Of a stretch of 20,000 nt of DNA, positions 15,640 through 20,000 are shown one piece after another. Every line of letters starts with the position of its first letter. Positions within the stretch are counted from its first letter, which is position 1. Location of the stretch: IMG/VR virus record IMGVR_UViG_3300009079_000019, positions 51,484 to 71,483 of that record; one strand, given 5' to 3'. A program made the position numbers and the translations under genes. The stretch is from an uncultured virus (IMG/VR IMGVR_UViG_3300009079_000019). Its lineage: Duplodnaviria; Heunggongvirae; Uroviricota; Caudoviricetes. The notes beneath the pieces were generated by a model that was given only the letters and a program-made list of their open reading frames with translations, made no database searches and had not been told where the DNA came from.

Positions 15640-15647
15640 TATTTATA
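15640..15647 (-). promoter_or_regulatory. T4-type late promoter TATAAATA with no sizeable downstream ORF
   Basis: Exact consensus in an intergenic gap. Confidence 0.6.
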
Positions 15648-15651
15648 CTGA

Positions 15652-16155
15652 CTACTTTAGGTTCTCCTCCAAAACAGTAAGACATTCTTCATATCCTTTC
15701 AAATATTCTCCAGTCATCACATTATGAGTGTATTGAGACAGCCATTCTTTTACAATTCCACAAAACTCATCACAATCAGGTACAATCCATACTGTTTCAT
15801 GAAATAATTGATGAAGAGTTTTGAGTTCTCCCCGTTCTTGTGCGGTTTCTTTCACCTTCTCTTCATAAGCAGCATCATAACCCTTCTGGAAAGCATCCCA
15901 AGAAATTACATTCCAATTATCTAGTGGAGTAAGGTCTTCACTAACATCTTTCACAGGATACTTACCATAAACTCTTTTATATGCTTCTTCTACTGGTGAT
16001 TTTGTTTTTTCCAGTTCTTCAAGGAAAGAGAGTTTCTTTTCCAATACTTTGATTTGTGCTTTTACTTCTTCAATTTCAGTCATTTGTTCTTTCTTTTCAA
16101 GAGGGCCATAAACTTGTTCCATTAGATTTTGGAAGTCCTTTTCAATACCAAACAT
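15652..16155 (-). CDS. Hypothetical multi-module protein (alternative internal start at 16083)
   Basis: MTEIEEVKAQIKVLEKKL...KSPVEEAYKRVYGKYP...WDAFQKGY...KEWL...EYLKGYEECL. Confidence 0.75.
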   Translation of the reverse strand: MFGIEKDFQNLMEQVYGPLEKKEQMTEIEEVKAQIKVLEKKLSFLEELEKTKSPVEEAYKRVYGKYPVKDVSEDLTPLDNWNVISWDAFQKGYDAAYEEKVKETAQERGELKTLHQLFHETVWIVPDCDEFCGIVKEWLSQYTHNVMTGEYLKGYEECLTVLEENLK

Positions 16156-16355
16156 TATAATACCTCCAGTTCTTCAATAATGGATTTGATTTGTTTGAGA
16201 TTATCATAAAGTTCTTTATTGAAATCATAACATTCAGTCAAATGGTCTATGTTGTTGTCCTCAAAGTTAGTTTCCTCACGGATTTCCCAAGACAAACCAT
16301 CCATATCTGCTGCTGTTTCTGTGAGAAAGTATTCAAGTGTTTCAAGTAAAGTCAT
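16155..16355 (-). CDS. Hypothetical acidic protein
   Basis: Track ORF; coupled at both ends. Confidence 0.7.
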   Translation of the reverse strand: MTLLETLEYFLTETAADMDGLSWEIREETNFEDNNIDHLTECYDFNKELYDNLKQIKSIIEELEVL

Positions 16356-16549
16356 AATACCTCATTATCAAAGTTGTTTAGATAGTTCCAAAACCACAAC
16401 ATATCATCATCACTCACATATTCCTCATACCTTTTACCATATTCACTATAATAAATGTGAGGATACATTACTCTAAACCACCAATCAAAACACCATCTCC
16501 ACATCAATCTTCGCAACCAAAACTGTTTGAGATTATATGAAAGTTTCAT
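16352..16549 (-). CDS. Hypothetical Trp-rich protein
   Basis: Start moved to MKLSYN at 16549 (ATGA overlap). Confidence 0.65.
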   Translation of the reverse strand: MKLSYNLKQFWLRRLMWRWCFDWWFRVMYPHIYYSEYGKRYEEYVSDDDMLWFWNYLNNFDNEVL

Positions 16550-16731
16550 TTCAGTTTCTCCAAGCAAATAGAACAGAGACAATCATCAGTTTTAGGAACT
16601 CTAAACATTATGTGATTACCAGAACAACAATCCCTATCACCACATTTTCTACATTCATCACAAACCCACTCCTTTTGATTACGACATTTTACGAAATCTT
16701 CAAGAGTGTATTGTTGGAGAATAGAAGTCAT
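16546..16731 (-). CDS. Cys-rich Zn-finger-like protein
   Basis: CDECRKCGDRDCC...CLCSIC. Confidence 0.7.
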   Translation of the reverse strand: MTSILQQYTLEDFVKCRNQKEWVCDECRKCGDRDCCSGNHIMFRVPKTDDCLCSICLEKLK

Positions 16732-16877
16732 TCTAATACATCAGTAAGTTTGTTATACATCCAAGAGATTATGAGTGCCTGTCCCCAAGTAAGAGGAAAG
16801 AAAGATACAAGTGCCCAACCCATCAATCCCACAACAATATAAAATCCAATTGTTGCTCCAATCTCGTGTTTAGTCAT
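16728..16877 (-). CDS. Small membrane protein (49 aa), copy B
   Basis: MTKHEIGATIGFYIVVGLMGWALVSFFPLTWGQALIISWMYNKLTDVLE. Confidence 0.75.
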   Translation of the reverse strand: MTKHEIGATIGFYIVVGLMGWALVSFFPLTWGQALIISWMYNKLTDVLE

Positions 16878-17041
16878 TTTATGTTCCCCGTGAGAAATAC
16901 TTTGAGTGTCTTTCCGTCATTATGAAAACTTACCTGAACTTGGGAACATTCATCCCATTCATCCCAAAAAAACTCTTCACCCTCACTTGAGATGACTTCA
17001 ACACGATTTACATTTGGATACTTTTGAATGTTTTCAGTCAT
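16874..17041 (-). CDS. Hypothetical protein (55 aa, not in track)
   Basis: MTENIQKYPNVNRVEVISSEGEEFFWDEWDECSQVQVSFHNDGKTLKVFLTGNIK. Confidence 0.7.
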   Translation of the reverse strand: MTENIQKYPNVNRVEVISSEGEEFFWDEWDECSQVQVSFHNDGKTLKVFLTGNIK

Positions 17042-17247
17042 TTGAGGTTCCTCATAATGAATTCTTTGTATTCTCTTTGCCCCAACTTATAAGCATTCAT
17101 AGAATAGTCGGTGTCTGGATATCCAATAGTATTAGGCAACCATTCTTTGAGTGCTTCAATCATAAACTCTATATTTCTTGGGTCAATTTTTCCACCACCT
17201 TCTTTGAGGACATAAAAGAAAAATGAGTTCTTGTTTGCTTGGTTCAT
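17038..17247 (-). CDS. Hypothetical protein (KEWLP module)
   Basis: Start placed at MNQANK 17247 (GGAG upstream). Confidence 0.65.
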   Translation of the reverse strand: MNQANKNSFFFYVLKEGGGKIDPRNIEFMIEALKEWLPNTIGYPDTDYSMNAYKLGQREYKEFIMRNLK

Positions 17248-17317
17248 TTCAATATTCTCCGTTGAGTTTTCTGATTCCACACTCAAGTTCATAAATGCGT
17301 TCAGTCATTTCAGTTGC

Positions 17318-17647
17318 TCAAAATTTCTCTTCAATTTCTTGTTTTGTTGCTACTTCAACAGTAGGATAATTCACATCCTCATAACCATACAATTCAAAAT
17401 TTCTAATCAGGTCTGTAACAAGATTATCGCACAGATAATCAGCAAAAATGTTCGGGTCAAGTTCTCCATCATATGTAAGCATATCATCATCCTTATGCTT
17501 TTCAGGGTCAAACCTAATATAAAAAGTTACTTTATAACCTTTTAGGTTTTCCAAAGCACCCTTTAACTTCTGTTGTTCCTTATGCTTTTGGATTTGAAGT
17601 TCAAGTTCGTTGAGTTGTTCTTCGGTCAGTTGTGAAAGGTCAATCAT
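17318..17647 (-). CDS. Hypothetical protein
   Basis: MIDLSQLTEEQLNELE...; first gene after cassette copy 9. Confidence 0.75.
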   Translation of the reverse strand: MIDLSQLTEEQLNELELQIQKHKEQQKLKGALENLKGYKVTFYIRFDPEKHKDDDMLTYDGELDPNIFADYLCDNLVTDLIRNFELYGYEDVNYPTVEVATKQEIEEKF

Positions 17648-17670
17648 CAGGTGTCTGTGTGTATGAGAGT

Positions 17671-17727
17671 ATTATAGCACCAACAGAGGCACCCAGAGCG
17701 TCCCCTTGTGCCAGTTGTTCAAGTGTC
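17671..17727 (-). promoter_or_regulatory. Early promoter cassette copy 9
   Basis: GACACTTGAACAACTGGCACA (17707-17727)-N30-TATAAT (17671-17676). Confidence 0.75.
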
Positions 17728-17877
17728 CTCACCAAAGTTCTTATAAATCGCATCCACCCATATCTTATCAAAATATTTTCTGTCTTCATCAGTAATCATA
17801 TTTGCTCTCATATACTCTTCAAGTGTGGTGTTATTATCATCCAAGTATTTTTGGAGTTCTTCAAGGTTTATAGACAT
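17719..17877 (-). CDS. Hypothetical protein (52 aa, not in track)
   Basis: MSINLEELQKYLDDNNTTLEEYMRANMITDEDRKYFDKIWVDAIYKNFGEDT*; stop lies inside the cassette box. Confidence 0.65.
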   Translation of the reverse strand: MSINLEELQKYLDDNNTTLEEYMRANMITDEDRKYFDKIWVDAIYKNFGEDT

Positions 17878-18145
17878 AAACCTCAAAGGTTATTTTATTC
17901 ATATGGTCTCCAAATTCCATATTCATACTTATCACCTGTGCCTCATCATTTTGGAGTTGTTCTGCGACTTGTTGAAAAGAAGTTTTCAAGTCATCAAGGT
18001 CATAAGATTTGAGTGTTGGAGGTTTTGATTTCTTCAGTTCATCTGCGAATGTTTCTTCACCCTCATAATCTTCTATTCTTGGAAGTTTTGGTTTCTCTTT
18101 CTTTCCGTAAAGTTCCTCATATTTTTGTAGTAAAGGGTTCATCAT
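17861..18145 (-). CDS. Hypothetical protein, paralog of 12156..12413
   Basis: NPLLQKYEE...YDLDDLKTSFQQVA. Confidence 0.75.
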   Translation of the reverse strand: MMNPLLQKYEELYGKKEKPKLPRIEDYEGEETFADELKKSKPPTLKSYDLDDLKTSFQQVAEQLQNDEAQVISMNMEFGDHMNKITFEVYVYKP

Positions 18146-18348
18146 TCTAAAATAATATCACAACCGTCGTTTCGTAAGTTCAACGACCATACAGATTTTA
18201 CCACATTTGATAGATTATTACCAACACTCATCCACACCTCAAAATCCTCACCATACTCATTTGTATCAGGAAGAACACTCAAGATTTCTTTGAGTTGCCG
18301 AATGGTGAGTGCGTCAGTTGTGAATGGTTGGGTTCTTATATCAGTCAT
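18142..18348 (-). CDS. Hypothetical protein
   Basis: LTIRQLKEILSVLPD...GEDFEVWM; ATGACTGA start. Confidence 0.7.
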   Translation of the reverse strand: MTDIRTQPFTTDALTIRQLKEILSVLPDTNEYGEDFEVWMSVGNNLSNVVKSVWSLNLRNDGCDIILE

Positions 18349-18449
18349 TTTTTACACCGATGTAATGGAATACGAAGGAACTGAAAGAACCTTCCAGTCC
18401 ATCCTATCTGTTCTCCGCATTTAAGGCAACAATAAGATGGGTGGGTCAT
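18345..18449 (-). CDS. 34-aa zinc-ribbon-like microprotein, copy B
   Basis: MTHPSYCCLKCGEQIGWTGRFFQFLRIPLHRCKK. Confidence 0.7.
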   Translation of the reverse strand: MTHPSYCCLKCGEQIGWTGRFFQFLRIPLHRCKK

Positions 18450-18574
18450 TTCACTTCCTCACTAACTGGTGTTTCCATAGGTTCAATAAGTAAAACAGTT
18501 GCATCGGGGGATGTTTCTGCAGTCAAAAGAGGTTTCCATTTTTTTATAAGTTTTTGAGTTTCTTCTTCAGTCAT
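18446..18574 (-). CDS. 42-aa microprotein resembling the N-terminus of T4-like gp23
   Basis: MTEEETQKLIKKWKPLLTAETSPDATVLLIEPMETPVSEEVK; ATGA overlaps at both ends. Confidence 0.6.
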   Translation of the reverse strand: MTEEETQKLIKKWKPLLTAETSPDATVLLIEPMETPVSEEVK

Positions 18575-18756
18575 TCTTTATCCCCAATAAGAAATTTTTC
18601 ATTCTCCAATCGTCTCAAATGGTCTTTCAAGAGTATATCACATAAGAACTGCGTATCTGTATATCTGGTTCCAAAATAAGGTTCCCATTTATCACAATAA
18701 GGACAACCAATTCTTGCGTTTTCTATATCTATTACGATGGTATGGTTTTTAGTCAT
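18571..18756 (-). CDS. Small CxxC protein
   Basis: IGCPYCDKW...FLC....DH. Confidence 0.65.
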   Translation of the reverse strand: MTKNHTIVIDIENARIGCPYCDKWEPYFGTRYTDTQFLCDILLKDHLRRLENEKFLIGDKE

Positions 18757-18779
18757 TTGTTTATGGTGTTGGTTGGTAG

Positions 18780-19250
18780 TCAGTCATAAGGAATCCATTC
18801 GGCAAAACTAAAGATATAAGCAAGTCCCCATTCTAATGTATGAGGTGGTAGTTCGTCAATATGATTAAACGCAAGTCGTCTTGCTTCCAAGATGCGTTCT
18901 TTACCTACCGCAAGTAGATTTGCTTTAGAACCTTTGAGAAACTCATTATAATCTGCCTGATTATTCTGTTTCACACCAGAGATATACAATCGTCTCATTT
19001 CAGTAAAAAGTTCTGCGGTTTCAGGGGCAAATGTAATCACTTCTTCCCCCAAAGGGATTTCCATAGTTTTTATCGCACTCATTGAAAATTTCATCGCATC
19101 TCTGCTTTCTTCTACTGATAAGGCATCCTCATCCTCATCACGAAACTTATGTTGAATACACCCATTTGAGCATTCTATGACCCTCAACAGAGCAATCTTA
19201 TCCTTTTCTGCGTCCGGTAATTCAGCAAATCTTGCGTCCCAGTCAATCAT
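18780..19250 (-). CDS. Hypothetical protein
   Basis: Start moved to MIDWDARF at 19250, overlapping the endonuclease stop (ATGA). Confidence 0.75.
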   Translation of the reverse strand: MIDWDARFAELPDAEKDKIALLRVIECSNGCIQHKFRDEDEDALSVEESRDAMKFSMSAIKTMEIPLGEEVITFAPETAELFTEMRRLYISGVKQNNQADYNEFLKGSKANLLAVGKERILEARRLAFNHIDELPPHTLEWGLAYIFSFAEWIPYD

Positions 19251-19942
19251 TTTCTTCCAAGTCTCCAACCATCACCGGGACATTCTACCATCCTTTTACA
19301 ATTTCCACAACCATCATTCCACCACTTTTTACCTTTAGTTTTACCCTTCTTTACCTCACTTTGTTTTCTTTTAGTTTCTTCTGAATGAGTTTTACCTTTT
19401 CGTATCTCACTCATTTTTCTTCTGGTTTCTTCTGAAAGAGTTTTACCTTTATGTGCCTCACTCATTTTTCTTTTTGCTTCTTCCGAATAAGTTTTACCCT
19501 TCTTTACCTCACTTTGTTTTCTTTTCGTTTCTTCTGAATGAGTTTTACCTTTTCGCGTATCACTCATTTTTCTTTTGGTTTCTTCTGAAAGAGTTTTACC
19601 TAACATATAAGTATTACCTTTTTTCACTTCACTTTGTTTTCTTTTAGTTTCTTCACTTGGAACCCATCCAGAAGCACCATCACCACCATCTGTAAGGTTG
19701 TGAAGAATACCAGTTCTCAAATCTTTCCTACCAAAAACAGCAATCATATAGATTTCGTGTCTAAATGCTTCTTCTTCGGTTAAGTTTTGTTTGAGGAATA
19801 TAATTCTCGATTTATCTTTTGGGACACCTATTCCTTTTCGATGCTTTTTATATGCCCTATTACCTTTACCTTTACCAATATAGTAAGGTGTCTTATCTTC
19901 ACGCAAATATGCGTAAGTATAAAACCTATTAGGATTTACCAT
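19247..19942 (-). CDS. GIY-YIG-family homing endonuclease with NUMOD3 repeats, paralog of 1433..2179
   Basis: [21 protein letters not shown]..., six SEE(T/A)(K/R)RK repeats (mostly 17-aa period), KKWWNDG...CPGDGW..GR. Start placed at ATG 19942 by analogy with the leader of the first copy. Confidence 0.85.
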   Translation of the reverse strand: MVNPNRFYTYAYLREDKTPYYIGKGKGNRAYKKHRKGIGVPKDKSRIIFLKQNLTEEEAFRHEIYMIAVFGRKDLRTGILHNLTDGGDGASGWVPSEETKRKQSEVKKGNTYMLGKTLSEETKRKMSDTRKGKTHSEETKRKQSEVKKGKTYSEEAKRKMSEAHKGKTLSEETRRKMSEIRKGKTHSEETKRKQSEVKKGKTKGKKWWNDGCGNCKRMVECPGDGWRLGRK

Positions 19943-19947
19943 AGTTC

Positions 19948-20000
19948 TGCTTCTAAATTGTGTTCGCAATACTATTTATACAAGAAAAGGTGCCCGAAGA
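19948..20000 (-). promoter_or_regulatory. Endonuclease leader, second copy (truncated by the window edge)
   Basis: 19948-19994 matches 2181-2227 with one mismatch, including TATAAATA 19973-19980 and one hairpin arm. Confidence 0.75.

Noticed and set aside
11611..16877. Near-identical 150-bp pair as a DGR template/variable repeat
   Set aside because: The six mismatches are not confined to adenines on either strand, both copies are intact ORFs, and no reverse transcriptase is visible.
1421..17727. Repeated GACAC/GGCACA element as a CRISPR array or integron attC sites
   Set aside because: Spacing is irregular (0.4-3.6 kb), each copy is tied to a -10 box, there is no attC-type inverted core pair, and no cas or integrase gene is in the window.
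826..19647. All plus-strand ORFs in the track
   Set aside because: They lie antisense to a nearly gap-free, coupled minus-strand array, show Phe/Ser/Ile-rich shadow composition, and I saw no supporting plus-strand promoters.
1..20000. tRNA or rRNA genes
   Set aside because: No cloverleaf or T-loop signature noticed, and intergenic gaps are short and explained by promoters; tRNAscan-SE would confirm.

Overview
AT-rich phage DNA with essentially all genes on the minus strand, most consistent with the hypervariable early/accessory region of a T4-like (cyano)myophage. Support: T4-type late promoters (T/A/C)ATAAATA, sigma70-type -10 boxes, GIY-YIG/NUMOD3 endonucleases and a pentapeptide-repeat gene. 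The window holds about 70 tightly packed, mostly 35-250 aa hypothetical ORFs, two paralogous GIY-YIG/NUMOD3 homing endonuclease genes and the 5' part of a fibre/spike-like virion gene running off the left edge. The architecture is the most notable part. (i) Nine copies of a promoter cassette, GACAC-N10-GGCACA-N29/30-TAT(A/G)AT (one internally deleted), split the region into units. (ii) Nineteen exact copies of ATGACTGA, a start codon with stops in both other frames, sit at probable gene starts. (iii) Several micro-genes are duplicated exactly start-to-stop in different contexts, and one protein family appears domain-shuffled. (iv) Both endonucleases share a conserved late-promoter/inverted-repeat leader, and an apparent empty copy lies at ~15.6 kb. 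Together these suggest a plug-and-play micro-gene cassette system. All calls are by eye, with no database search, and most protein functions cannot be assigned.
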